This document shows, piece by piece, positions 7,333-16,406 of a stretch of DNA of 24,000 bases. Both the position numbers and the translations under genes were made by a program. The notes under the pieces were generated by a model that was not told the origin of the DNA, searched no databases, and was given only the letters and a program-made list of their open reading frames with translations. The stretch covers positions 115,934 through 139,933 of the forward strand of contig CAXXHY010000042.1 in assembly GCA_963667575.2 (NCBI GenBank), read 5' to 3'. The first letter of the stretch is position 1; every line of letters begins with the position of its first letter. The stretch comes from Desulfovibrionaceae bacterium (GTDB taxonomy: Bacteria > Desulfobacterota > Desulfovibrionia > Desulfovibrionales > Desulfovibrionaceae).

Positions 7333-7358
7333 AAAAGGCCGACAAAAGCCGGCCTTTG
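7332..7358. terminator. shared hairpin terminator between convergent pspF and 7379..7972
   Basis: AAAGGCCG (7334-7341) pairs with CGGCCTTT (7350-7357). The minus-strand version is followed by TTTTT. The plus-strand U-tract is short. Confidence 0.55.
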
Positions 7359-7378
7359 CGATCAATACTGCGGATAGA

Positions 7379-7972
7379 TTAGTAAACGAGCTTGTTCTTT
7401 TTCAGGCTGACGGTAAAGGATCCCTTTTGCGTCGGGCAGCAGCCCGGATCCTGGGGACCGTGGTAGACAACATGCGCCACAAGTTTGTCGCCTTTCAGTT
7501 CGAGGCTCTCGAAACGAAGTTTGGAACTTCCCACAGCGGCCTGATTGATGTGGTAGTCCTTGCCTGTTTTGGTGACAATGCAAAGGAAGCGTACTTCGCC
7601 GTTTCCACCGTCAAATTCGCTGAGCAGCAGGGCGGCGGCAGGAGTGGAGCCCAGCGTGCCCGTGGCGATGAGGCTGATTTCCGCGGATTGTTTTTCGTAT
7701 GCGCCGTTCGTAAATTTTACCAGCGTATAGGGCGGATTTTCAACAAAATTGCCTTCCAGGAAGCTGCCGAAGAGCTGAATCTTGAAGGATAAGTTTTCAA
7801 TGGCCTGTTTGGTCAGTTCGCCGCTTCCGGGAACATCATAGGACATGTTTTCATAAAGATCGGTGAATTTTTGCTGTTTGCACAGCCCCTGCACGGGCAG
7901 CACGAACAATGCGGCAAGCAGGATCGGCAAGATCAGGAAAAGGCGCCTGGTACGGTAATCAAAGCAATGCAT
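7379..7972 (-). CDS. secreted/periplasmic hypothetical protein
   Basis: 197-aa ORF. The N-terminus RRLFLILPILLAALFVLPVQG looks like a signal peptide. A G-rich SD is present. I did not recognise a family. Confidence 0.75.
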   Translation of the reverse strand: MHCFDYRTRRLFLILPILLAALFVLPVQGLCKQQKFTDLYENMSYDVPGSGELTKQAIENLSFKIQLFGSFLEGNFVENPPYTLVKFTNGAYEKQSAEISLIATGTLGSTPAAALLLSEFDGGNGEVRFLCIVTKTGKDYHINQAAVGSSKLRFESLELKGDKLVAHVVYHGPQDPGCCPTQKGSFTVSLKKNKLVY

Positions 7973-8028
7973 GCGGGTTCCCCCCCTGATAATGTTGCTA
8001 ATGTAGTAAAGAACATTACAAATAGATA

Positions 8029-8078
8029 AATATGTAAAAATATTTAATTGTAGCTAGAATGAATATGTAAAAATATTT
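8029..8078. repeat. two direct copies of a 17-mer (AATATGTAAAAATATTT), 33 bp apart, in the AT-rich leader of 7379..7972
   Basis: Identical 17-mers at 8029-8045 and 8062-8078. A nearby inverted repeat AATGTT...AACATT lies at 7991-8017. Confidence 0.7.
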
Positions 8079-8167
8079 TTTACGTCCAGTATCTTTTACA
8101 ATTCTTTGGGTATCTTTATGCAATGCCAGAGGGGCAGCTTGGAAGGCTCGGAAGTGAAGCAGCCGTG

Positions 8168-9298
8168 TCAGATCACTTTGCGCAGCAGCGGCAACTTGCA
8201 GAGCAGATGGGCGGCAAGAAAGGTCACCAGTACGGACGGAATGGCGACAAGAACGAAGTTCAGCACCGGGTACTGGGTCATGTGGGGCAGCAGCAGTTTC
8301 CCGAAAATACAGAGCGGAATGACCTGCAGAAGATAGGCTGCGTACGCGGATCGGGAAAGGAGCCGGGTCCAGTTGTTTTTTTGGGCAAAGAGCGTCTGGA
8401 AGCCGAAGAGCAGAAAAATACTCATGCCCAGGACTTCGAAAGGCCGTGAAACCATATCGGAAAAAGGCTTCAGAAAGGTCAGGGCCAGAATCCAGATGAG
8501 AATCCAGGTGAACGCGTACCTGAAGGTAATCTGACCGAGCCAGCTGTTTTTTTGCGCCTGAAGGCCAAGGCAGAACATGGCGATGTACATGGGGAAATAT
8601 TTCAGCAAATGAAAACCGAGAAAATCCTCGCCCAGCGTACGCATCAGATAGAGCCCCAGAAAATTGCAGGGAATCATCAGCACGGCAAAAAGCAGCATGT
8701 GGGCTGTTGGCGGAATCGGGGCGGGCGTCCCAGAAGATGGAGCCTGGGCCGGGCGGAATTTCCTCATCAGAACATACGCGCCGTTGAAAACAATCAGCGC
8801 CCAGCAGAACCAGGTCACTCCCATCAGCATGTTGCCTGTCGCCAGCATGGAGCCGTATAACCCGAATGCGCTGCCCATGGATGCGAAAAACGAGGTGTCT
8901 CCGCAGATATACAGGGCCACGGGGTCGATGAGCAGGATCGTTACCAGGGTGGGAATGCCCAGGCGTACGAGCTTGTCCTGCATAAAAATTCTGGCGCCTT
9001 TTCTGTTGTACGAGGACGCAATAAAATAGGCGGAAATGAAAAAGAACAGGCTCATGAAAAAGCCCTGGTTTATGGACTGAAAGGACCTGAGAATGGAGTA
9101 TTGAAACTGCTGCGCCTTGTCCACCAGGGGCAGATTGATGGGAAATTTGTCCAGTCCGGCAATGGCCGCGGCATGGTGCAGGATCACCAGAACCGCCAGC
9201 GTCCATTTGATGTTGTCCAGATAGTCGTAGCGAATCTTGCGCACCGGTGCTAGCGGCTGATCCGTGGATTTTTCAATGTTTCTATCCGCGTCCGGCAT
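8168..9298 (-). CDS. acyltransferase family 3 integral membrane protein
   Basis: 376 aa with about 10 hydrophobic helices. The N-terminal IRYDYLDNIKWTLAVLVILHHAA fits the Acyltransferase_3 signature (R..xLDxxK/R...V...H). Confidence 0.8.
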   Translation of the reverse strand: MPDADRNIEKSTDQPLAPVRKIRYDYLDNIKWTLAVLVILHHAAAIAGLDKFPINLPLVDKAQQFQYSILRSFQSINQGFFMSLFFFISAYFIASSYNRKGARIFMQDKLVRLGIPTLVTILLIDPVALYICGDTSFFASMGSAFGLYGSMLATGNMLMGVTWFCWALIVFNGAYVLMRKFRPAQAPSSGTPAPIPPTAHMLLFAVLMIPCNFLGLYLMRTLGEDFLGFHLLKYFPMYIAMFCLGLQAQKNSWLGQITFRYAFTWILIWILALTFLKPFSDMVSRPFEVLGMSIFLLFGFQTLFAQKNNWTRLLSRSAYAAYLLQVIPLCIFGKLLLPHMTQYPVLNFVLVAIPSVLVTFLAAHLLCKLPLLRKVI

Positions 9299-9392
9299 GG
9301 TTATTCCCTGTCTTTCTTGAAAAGCAGAAAAAGAAGCAGCCCGATGAAAACAAATATATAAACATTCAACAGGGTGTCCAGCAATTGTTCAT

Positions 9393-10883
9393 TCACGGCT
9401 GTACCGCCTTTTCTTTTTGCAGTGCCTTGAGCAGGCAGACCAGCAGCAGAAGCACTATGAACACAAAGGGATTTGCGGACAGGGCAATGATGGCCCGGAC
9501 GTCGTCCACGCTGTCCGTGATGATCATCACCAGTCCCAGTGCGCCGAGCAGCGCGCCCCAGATCAGTTTTATCCGGGTGGACGGGTTTTCGTCGCCGCCC
9601 GAGGAGAACATGGCCAGCACATAGGCCGCGCTCACCACGCTGGTGACCAGAAACAGGAACGAGGCCGCGATTACGGCCAGGCTGGTCACGTCCGCCAGCG
9701 GAAGCGACTTCAGGAGCGAGAAAGTCGCCAGATCCACGTTGTCGCGGGCCTGCGTCAGATCAAAGCTGCCCGCTTTTGCCGCTGCGAACCCCATGCTGCC
9801 CCAGATGCTGAACCAGGCAATGGAAAAGCCCGTGGGCGCCAGCAGCACGCCGAGAATGTATTCGCGAATGGTCCTGCCCTTGGAAATACGCGCGATGAAC
9901 ACTCCCACAAAGGGCGCCCAGGCCAGCCACCAGACCATGTAGTTCAGAGTCCAGGAGCCGAACCAGTCGGTCATTTCCCCGCCGAAATAGGCATAGGTGT
10001 GAAAACCCTGCCAGATGCATTTGCTCAAATAGTCCCCGGTGGCGTCGAGCATGCTGCCCATGAGAAAGGACGTGGGCCCGGCCAGCACGATGTAGCACAA
10101 CAGGCCGATGGTTATGGCTATGGCCAGGTTGGAGAGTCTGGCCATGCCGTCGCCGAGATCCTTCAGCAAAGGAATGAAAAAGGCGACGCAAAGGGCCGCG
10201 AAGATGCCGAAGCTCAGCCCCAGGCCGCTTTCCTGCATGCCGAGCAGATCCGCGACGCCGCTCTGAACCTGGAAGACGCCCATGGCCACCGAACCGCCCA
10301 GGCCGATGGCAATGGCGTAAATGGCCAGGACGTTGATTGCCCAGCCCACCGTACGGGGAATTCTGCCCGTGCCGAAAACCACCACCAGGGGCGAACTCAG
10401 CAGGGCCGGGGCTCCCTTGCGATAGGAGAAATAGGCGATGACCAGTCCGGTCAATCCGTAGATGGCCCAGGCGTGAAAGCCCCAGTGGAAGATGGTTATG
10501 AAAACCGCCGCGCCGGCGGCCTTGCGCGGGGACAGCTCCTGCGCGGCGAACAGACTATGGGTGGCAGGTTCGGCCACGCCGTAAAACAACAGCCCCACGC
10601 CCATACCGGCCGCGAACATCATGGTCAGCCAGCTGCCCGTGGAGAACTCCGGACGGTCGTCATCACGCCCCAGGCGTATGGCGCCATGGTGGGAGAAAGC
10701 CAGCCAGGCGCAGGCTATGAGCAGAATATTGACCGTGATCATGATGAACCAGCCCCTGCTCTGGAACATCACGCGTACGGAGTCGTTGGCAAATCCGGCC
10801 AGGCTCGTGGCATCGAACGCCCCCCAGCCCACAATGATCCCTGTAAGGGCCAGGGCAGTGAACAACAACCCGCGATTCTTCAT
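9393..10883 (-). CDS. BCCT-family (betaine/carnitine/choline) transporter
   Basis: 496-aa polytopic protein. WTLNYMVWWLAWAPFVGVFIARISKGRTIREY matches the BCCT signature block. It lies 94 nt upstream of the acyltransferase gene on the same strand, so the two are probably one operon. Confidence 0.9.
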   Translation of the reverse strand: MKNRGLLFTALALTGIIVGWGAFDATSLAGFANDSVRVMFQSRGWFIMITVNILLIACAWLAFSHHGAIRLGRDDDRPEFSTGSWLTMMFAAGMGVGLLFYGVAEPATHSLFAAQELSPRKAAGAAVFITIFHWGFHAWAIYGLTGLVIAYFSYRKGAPALLSSPLVVVFGTGRIPRTVGWAINVLAIYAIAIGLGGSVAMGVFQVQSGVADLLGMQESGLGLSFGIFAALCVAFFIPLLKDLGDGMARLSNLAIAITIGLLCYIVLAGPTSFLMGSMLDATGDYLSKCIWQGFHTYAYFGGEMTDWFGSWTLNYMVWWLAWAPFVGVFIARISKGRTIREYILGVLLAPTGFSIAWFSIWGSMGFAAAKAGSFDLTQARDNVDLATFSLLKSLPLADVTSLAVIAASFLFLVTSVVSAAYVLAMFSSGGDENPSTRIKLIWGALLGALGLVMIITDSVDDVRAIIALSANPFVFIVLLLLVCLLKALQKEKAVQP

Positions 10884-11115
10884 CCCCTTCTCCTATGCCG
10901 ACGCCGAAGCAAAAAACAGGCTGGTTTCAAGAGCATTCTGTGAAAGAATCAGTACGCCTATACAATTTTCACGGATAACGTACAGGAAAATACGGCTTGT
11001 TGGCAAATCGGTTGGGATTATTTTGGGGGGAGTGGGACCTGGATAGCTGTTTTTTGCCCTTGCAACTCATGGCCGCAGCACCTACAAATGAAGCATACGT
11101 ATGGGAGGAATGGCC

Positions 11116-11342
11116 ATGGCCAAGTATACGCGCGAAGAAGAGTTTCAGATCATTCAACAGATTAATGCCGCTAAAAGCGCGGGGACAGGGAAGAGGCCAG
11201 GCGCCTGGCCAAGCAATTGCCCCTGGCGCCGCATCTGGCCAAGTCTTTGAAAGAGCAGTTCGGTCCTGAAAACCTGCTTTCCGAGCAATACGATCTTTCC
11301 GAGGCGGAAGCCGTGTATGGGAAAAATTGGCTTAATAAATGA
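11116..11342 (+). pseudogene. small (75 aa if corrected) helical protein gene that needs a -1 shift at GGGG 11181-11184
   Basis: GGGAGGA SD lies 7 nt before ATG 11116. Frame 1 gives MAKYTREEEFQIIQQINAAKSAG and then turns into W/P/R-rich sequence ending at TGA 11248-11250. The adjacent frame opens immediately after a TAA at 11172-11174 and has no start codon. It reads DREEARRLAKQLPLAPHLAKSLKEQFGPENLLSEQYDLSEAEAVYGKNWLNK*. Confidence 0.55.
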
Positions 11343-11850
11343 ACTGACCGAAGGGCTCAACGTCAAGTTCCTTGCTTTTGCGCAAAAGGAATCCACCAGA
11401 GAGGCCGAGGCCTTCAGCGACTGCTGTGCCAATACTTTCGGCATTCTCAGAGACATTGCGGAAACAGGGGATCCTGAAATTATTCTCCGGGCTGAAAAGG
11501 GGTTGCTTGACGACGAGTTGCAGCATTATTCCAATTTCCCTGAAATGGCCAACAGCCTGAAAACAGCCCACAAGGAAATCGATGGCGCTTTCAGGGCGCT
11601 TGAGAGTCTTCAGACTCCGGGGGCGCACCGTGTCCTTGCTGACTCCCTGAGCCACAAAGACATCCAGAACGGCCTTCCTCTGGATGGCTTTCGCAAATTC
11701 GAACGCAGCCATCAGACCAGACTGGCCAATCATCTGAAAGGCAATCTCCCGCTGCATGAAAAGGCGCTTCTGCGTCAACGCCGGGAGAATCTGCAAATCG
11801 CCAGAAATGCCTACATCCATTTCCAACAAAAGGTCCTCGAGCAATTCTAA
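11317..11850 (+). CDS. hypothetical all-helical protein
   Basis: 177-aa ORF with ordinary amino-acid composition. GGAAG lies 6 nt upstream of the ATG. It overlaps the end of the frameshifted small ORF by 26 nt. I did not recognise a family. Confidence 0.6.
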   Translation: MGKIGLINELTEGLNVKFLAFAQKESTREAEAFSDCCANTFGILRDIAETGDPEIILRAEKGLLDDELQHYSNFPEMANSLKTAHKEIDGAFRALESLQTPGAHRVLADSLSHKDIQNGLPLDGFRKFERSHQTRLANHLKGNLPLHEKALLRQRRENLQIARNAYIHFQQKVLEQF

Positions 11851-12003
11851 AAGCGTTGTTCCGGCGTCATTCCTGTAGTATACTGATCTAAGTAATCTTT
11901 TATGCAGAAAAGTTCCGGTCGGCAGAGCTCGGGAGGAATAACGCTTTCAAGAGCTTTTCCTCTGGATTTTAGTGTCTGACCAGTCGTACCAAAGCGAGGA
12001 AGC

Positions 12004-12957
12004 ATGTCCGAATCAGAATCTTTCGAACAGGCCAAGGATATAGCGGGGCGGATCATCGACAACATCCGGACGGTGATGCGCGGGCAGGACCGGGGCATAC
12101 GGCTGTTGCTGGCGGCGTTTGCCGCCGGGGGGCACGCGCTGCTGGAGGATGTGCCGGGCACGGGCAAGACCACTCTGGCCAAGTCCCTGGCCCAGTCCTT
12201 CAAGGCAGAATTCAAGCGCGTGCAGTTCACTCCGGACCTGCTGCCCTCGGACATTCTGGGCGTGTCCGTGTATGAGCAGGGAGAGGCCCGTTTCCGCTTT
12301 TACAAGGGGCCCATTTTTGCCAACATTCTGCTGGGCGATGAGATAAACCGGGCTTCGCCGCGTACGCAGTCCGCGTTGCTGGAGGCCATGGCCGAATTTC
12401 AGGTCAGCATGGACGGCAAGCGTATGCGCCTGCCAGAGCCTTTTTTCGTTGTGGCCACCCAGAATCCGCTGGAGTTTCACGGCACCTATCCGCTGCCGGA
12501 ATCCCAGCTGGACCGTTTCGCCGTCAGCTTCGGCCTGGGTTATGTTCCGGAAGAGGAGGAGATAGCCATCCTCACCGAACAGACCCGCAGCCATCCTCTG
12601 GAACGGCTCAGACCCTGCGCGGAGCTGGCGGACGCTATGCTGCTGCAGGAGGCGGTCCGCGGCATCCGGGTGGACGGGCAGATCAAGGAATACATCGTCC
12701 GTCTGGCCGGGGCCACGCGTACGGCGTCGGGCATCCGCCTGGGAGCCAGTCCGCGCGCCTCGCTGATTCTGATGCGGATCAGCCAGGCCCTTTCGCTGCT
12801 GGACGGCTACGCCTTTGTCACTCCCGACGCCGTGCAGGAGGCCGTTGTTCCGGTGTTTTCCCACCGTCTGGCCCTGGAGCAGCAGGCCAGTTTTTCCGGC
12901 CAGAGCGCGGAGCAGCTTCTGCGCGAGATCATGGGCTCTCTGCCGGTTCCCTCCTGA
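12004..12957 (+). CDS. MoxR-family AAA+ ATPase
   Basis: Walker A is DVPGTGKTTLAK, Walker B is LLGDEINRASP, plus ATQNPLEFHGTYPLPESQLDRF and GASPRASL. GAGGA SD is present. Confidence 0.92.
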   Translation: MSESESFEQAKDIAGRIIDNIRTVMRGQDRGIRLLLAAFAAGGHALLEDVPGTGKTTLAKSLAQSFKAEFKRVQFTPDLLPSDILGVSVYEQGEARFRFYKGPIFANILLGDEINRASPRTQSALLEAMAEFQVSMDGKRMRLPEPFFVVATQNPLEFHGTYPLPESQLDRFAVSFGLGYVPEEEEIAILTEQTRSHPLERLRPCAELADAMLLQEAVRGIRVDGQIKEYIVRLAGATRTASGIRLGASPRASLILMRISQALSLLDGYAFVTPDAVQEAVVPVFSHRLALEQQASFSGQSAEQLLREIMGSLPVPS

Positions 12958-12972
12958 CACGCCGAACTATTC

Positions 12973-14421
12973 ATGGACAGCCTGCGTTTTCTTTTTTTGG
13001 ACCTCCGGGACTTTGCCAGGCGGCGCTACGGGCCGCTTCTGGCATCCTTCTGGCGTACGGGGCAACGCTCCTGGATGCGGTTCACCACCATGGGCCGCGT
13101 GGTGCTCGTAGGCTACGGCATGACCCTGTTGTTTGTGGTCAATACGCGGACCAGCATGAACTACCAGCTTTTTGTGCTGCTGCTGGTGCTGCTCGCCGTG
13201 GCCTTTGCCGGCAGCATGCTCATGAGGCGGCAAAAGCGCTCCATGGCTGTGCAACGTACGCTGCCCCAGTATGCGACCGCGGGCGAACCTTTCAGCTATG
13301 CAGTGACTATCCGCAACACCGGTACGCGGGAAATCGGCCCGCAGCAGCTCATGGAATTTCCGCGCATGGTCCGTTTCACGGATCAGGGCAGCGCAAAGCA
13401 TGATCCTGGTGAATCGGAGAAAATCCGCCGGCACGTTCGGATCCGTTGGCGCGCCCTGCTTGAACGGACTGCTGATCCCGAGGCGGACGAACCGCTGATT
13501 GCGCAGCTTGCCGCCGGAGATAGCGCCACCGTACGTCTGGACGTGCGCGCGCCGGCGCGCGGACTGCTGGAGTTCGGATCCGTATTGCTGGCCAGGCCGG
13601 ATCCGCTGGGTTTGTTTCAGGCGTTCGCGGTGCTGCACCGTGAGGACCGGCTGCTGGTGCTGCCGCGACGCTATGTGCTGCCGCCCCTGGAACTTCCGGG
13701 CGGGCGGCGGTTTCAGCCCGGAGGCGTCAGTCAGGCCGCATCCGCGGGAGAGTCCGGGGAGTTCGCGTCATTGCGGGATTACCGCAGGGGGGATCCCCCC
13801 AAGCATATCCACTGGCGCAGCTGGGCCAAGACAGGTCGCCCCATCGTCAAGGAATACCAGGACGAATTTTATACGCGCCATGCCCTGGTGCTGGATACGT
13901 TTCCGGACCCCAAGCGACTGCCCGGCAGCCGCGATGCCGCCCTGTTCGAGGAGGCCGTATCCGTGGCGGCATCCCTGGCGGTGCTGGAACACGGGCAGGA
14001 CAGCCTCATGGACCTGCTTTTCGTGGCCAACAAGGCCTACCAGTTCACGGCAGGGCGCGGTCTGGCCCAGTCCGGGCAGATGCTCGAGGCCCTGGCCGCG
14101 GTGGGGCCCTGCCTGGAGCAGCCCTTTGAACTGCTGCAGCGTACGGTGCTGCGTCAGGCCGCCCGCATCTGCGGCTGCATCTGCGTACTGCTGAACTGGG
14201 ACACGGCCCGGCAGGAAATGGTCCGCGGGCTGCTGGCCGAAAACGTGGAGCCCCTGGTGTTCGTGTTGCTGGATCAGCGGGCGCCTCAGCCGGATCCCGG
14301 CCCGCTGCAAGCAATGCCCGGAAGGTTTCACCCCTTGCGTATGGGGCGGATTCAGGAAGATCTGCAACGTGCGGGCAGCGGTTTTGCGCAACGTCCCGGA
14401 ACCTCCGGAGGCCATGCCTGA
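12973..14421 (+). CDS. DUF58 domain protein with two N-terminal TM helices (usual partner of MoxR)
   Basis: SLRDYRRGDPPKHIHWRSWAKTGRPIVKEYQDE is the DUF58 core motif. The gene starts 16 nt after the moxR-like stop. At 482 aa it is longer than the ~300-aa DUF58 proteins I recall. Confidence 0.85.
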   Translation: MDSLRFLFLDLRDFARRRYGPLLASFWRTGQRSWMRFTTMGRVVLVGYGMTLLFVVNTRTSMNYQLFVLLLVLLAVAFAGSMLMRRQKRSMAVQRTLPQYATAGEPFSYAVTIRNTGTREIGPQQLMEFPRMVRFTDQGSAKHDPGESEKIRRHVRIRWRALLERTADPEADEPLIAQLAAGDSATVRLDVRAPARGLLEFGSVLLARPDPLGLFQAFAVLHREDRLLVLPRRYVLPPLELPGGRRFQPGGVSQAASAGESGEFASLRDYRRGDPPKHIHWRSWAKTGRPIVKEYQDEFYTRHALVLDTFPDPKRLPGSRDAALFEEAVSVAASLAVLEHGQDSLMDLLFVANKAYQFTAGRGLAQSGQMLEALAAVGPCLEQPFELLQRTVLRQAARICGCICVLLNWDTARQEMVRGLLAENVEPLVFVLLDQRAPQPDPGPLQAMPGRFHPLRMGRIQEDLQRAGSGFAQRPGTSGGHA

Positions 14422-16393
14422 GATGAAACCGCCGCTGTTCTGTCTTTCCGCCGCATTGCTGTTTTGGGGCTGGCTTTCGGGCTTTCTGGTGCCTGCGCTG
14501 GTCATGGCGCTGCTGCTGGAGCTGGCCGGGCCGTCGGGCATCCGGCTGCGTATCCGGCTCAGAGATCTGAACCGGATTGCGGATTTGTGCGTATTGCTTG
14601 TCACAGGGGCCATTGTCTATCTGTTTTTCACGCCCATGGACAATGACGCCATTCTCCCGCTCATCGTGACCCAGTGGAGCCCCATGTTGTTCTATCCGCT
14701 GGCCCTGGCCCAGGCCTATGCGGAAAGTGAAACCTTCGCACTGGTGGCGCTGCTGCCGGTGCTGGGGGCGCGCCGGAGCAGGGAACTGGACCGGAAACCG
14801 CAAAAAGTTTCTGGCGCCAATCTGCTGTTCCCCTATTTCGGCCTGGTGCTGCTGGCAGCGGGCAGCGCGAATCAGCGCTATAACCTGTACTATACGGTGC
14901 TGTTCGTGCTGGTGGCCTGGGGGCTATCCGCAGCCCGTCCGAAATATGCGGGGCCTTCCGGGGCCTCATGGAAAGGGTGGCTGCTCTGGGCCGGGCTGCT
15001 TCTGGCCTGCGGTTACATCGGCGATGTGGGGCAGGAGAAGCTGGACGAACAACAGGCCCGCTTGCGCGGCTGGTCGGCCGGAGCAGACCCGTACCATCGC
15101 GAGACATCCATGGGCAGCATGGGGACGCTCAAGCTCTCAGACAAGATTCTGATGCGCGTACGCCCTGGCCCGGGGCGCAAAGGGCCGCCGCATCTGCTGC
15201 GCGAGGCCAGCTACAATTTTTATCGCGGGCTCTCCTGGGAGGCTGCCACCGGCTTTTTCGGCGTGGTGCCTTCCAAGGATGCGGACAAGACCGACTGGAT
15301 TCTGCATTCGGGGCTCGATGCGGACGGCTACGTGAGCATCTATCGCTATTTCCCGCGTCGTCTGGGATTGGTCCCGGTGCCCGGCGGCACCACCAGAATT
15401 TCGTCGCTGCCGGCCAGGGAAGTCCTGCTGAACAGTCTGGGCGCCATCAAGGCGGAGCGGGCGGACGGCCTGTGCGCCTACAAGGCCTGGTATATTGAGG
15501 GTGGTTTTCTGGAAGGCGGTCCCAATCCGGTGGATGAGGTGGTGCCTCCGGCGGACCGTCCGGCCCTGGAAAAGATAGCTCAAGACAGCGGACTGGATAC
15601 CGCGGCTCCGGAAGATGTCTCCAGGACACTGCTGGAATATATCTGGAAGCACTACAGCTATTCGCTGCGTCTGGAACGGAGCGACACCAAGCTGGATCCG
15701 TTGAGTGATTTTCTGTTGAATACGCGCAAGGGGCATTGCGAGTATTTTGCCACGGCCGCGGCCATGCTGCTGCGCCAGGTGGGGATTCCCAGTCGTTACG
15801 TGGTGGGCTATGCGGTGGTGGAATATGATCCGGAAACGGATTTTTATATTATCCGCGAACGCCACAGACACGCCTGGGCCATTTATTACGCAGGGTACAG
15901 CTGGCATGTGCTGGATGCCACACCGCCGGACTGGAGCGCGCTGGAATACCGCGAACCGGGGTTCTGGCAGAAGCTGGATGATTTTCGTTCGCGCGTGATA
16001 TTCACCCTGTCCAGCTGGCGCTGGCTGGAGGAACGGGGCAAGGTCAAGACAGGCCTGCTGCTGGGAGCCCTGGCCCTGGGGCTGGTGATGGCGGTTCGTA
16101 TTTTGCGGCAACAGGGCAAACAAGGGCTTCGCCGCATACGCCGCAAGAAAAATCCATACGGGGCCGAGGAAAAAGAACTGCCCTTTGCCAGAGTGGAAGC
16201 CCGGCTGCGCAGGCAGGGTTTGGAACGTCCGGAGTGGGAGCCGTTGAAACGCTGGCTGCAGGAAAACAACCAGGAAGCCCTGCTGCCCGGAGTGCGGCTG
16301 CATTACAAACAGCGTTTTGATCCCGAGGGATTCAGCGAAGCAGACCTGCGGCAATTGGAAAAAATCGTGGAGGAATGGCTGCGACAAAGGTAG
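14414..16393 (+). CDS. transglutaminase-like membrane protein
   Basis: The Cys-His-Asp core is GHCEYFATAAAMLLRQVGIPSRYVVGY ... RHRHAWAIYY ... WHVLDATP. There is a multi-TM N-terminal region and one TM helix after the core. The start is ambiguous: ATG 14414 overlaps the DUF58 stop, and ATG 14423 lies 1 nt after it. GGAGG is at 14407-14411. Confidence 0.88.
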   Translation: MPEMKPPLFCLSAALLFWGWLSGFLVPALVMALLLELAGPSGIRLRIRLRDLNRIADLCVLLVTGAIVYLFFTPMDNDAILPLIVTQWSPMLFYPLALAQAYAESETFALVALLPVLGARRSRELDRKPQKVSGANLLFPYFGLVLLAAGSANQRYNLYYTVLFVLVAWGLSAARPKYAGPSGASWKGWLLWAGLLLACGYIGDVGQEKLDEQQARLRGWSAGADPYHRETSMGSMGTLKLSDKILMRVRPGPGRKGPPHLLREASYNFYRGLSWEAATGFFGVVPSKDADKTDWILHSGLDADGYVSIYRYFPRRLGLVPVPGGTTRISSLPAREVLLNSLGAIKAERADGLCAYKAWYIEGGFLEGGPNPVDEVVPPADRPALEKIAQDSGLDTAAPEDVSRTLLEYIWKHYSYSLRLERSDTKLDPLSDFLLNTRKGHCEYFATAAAMLLRQVGIPSRYVVGYAVVEYDPETDFYIIRERHRHAWAIYYAGYSWHVLDATPPDWSALEYREPGFWQKLDDFRSRVIFTLSSWRWLEERGKVKTGLLLGALALGLVMAVRILRQQGKQGLRRIRRKKNPYGAEEKELPFARVEARLRRQGLERPEWEPLKRWLQENNQEALLPGVRLHYKQRFDPEGFSEADLRQLEKIVEEWLRQR

Positions 16394-16406
16394 GGGGGCG
16401 TGGGGT

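Noticed and set aside
6198-7365. Long minus-strand ORFs (6198..7118 and 6250..7365) opposite pspF. Similar cases: 9417..10943 opposite the BCCT gene, 12013..12960 opposite moxR, 13768..14803 and 15137..16387 opposite DUF58 and the transglutaminase gene, 18035..19585 opposite the ABC1 kinase, 20032..21840 opposite the signalling gene, and 23188..23976 opposite miaB.
   Set aside because: They are Arg/Pro/Gly/His-rich with no recognisable motifs. Each lies antisense to a gene with clear family signatures. They are typical stop-poor shadow frames in GC-rich DNA.
8016-9206. A 396-aa ORF on the same strand as the acyltransferase gene but in another frame.
   Set aside because: Its composition (R/P/S/H-rich, no TM pattern) is that of an off-frame reading. 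The 8168..9298 frame gives a coherent polytopic Acyltransferase_3-like protein.
9299-9392. A 27-codon hydrophobic ORF (MFIYLFSSGCFFFCFSRKTGNNHAGRG) in the BCCT-to-acyltransferase gap on the minus strand.
   Set aside because: I see no SD. It overlaps the acyltransferase start out of frame and is very short. It is more likely just the intercistronic spacer.
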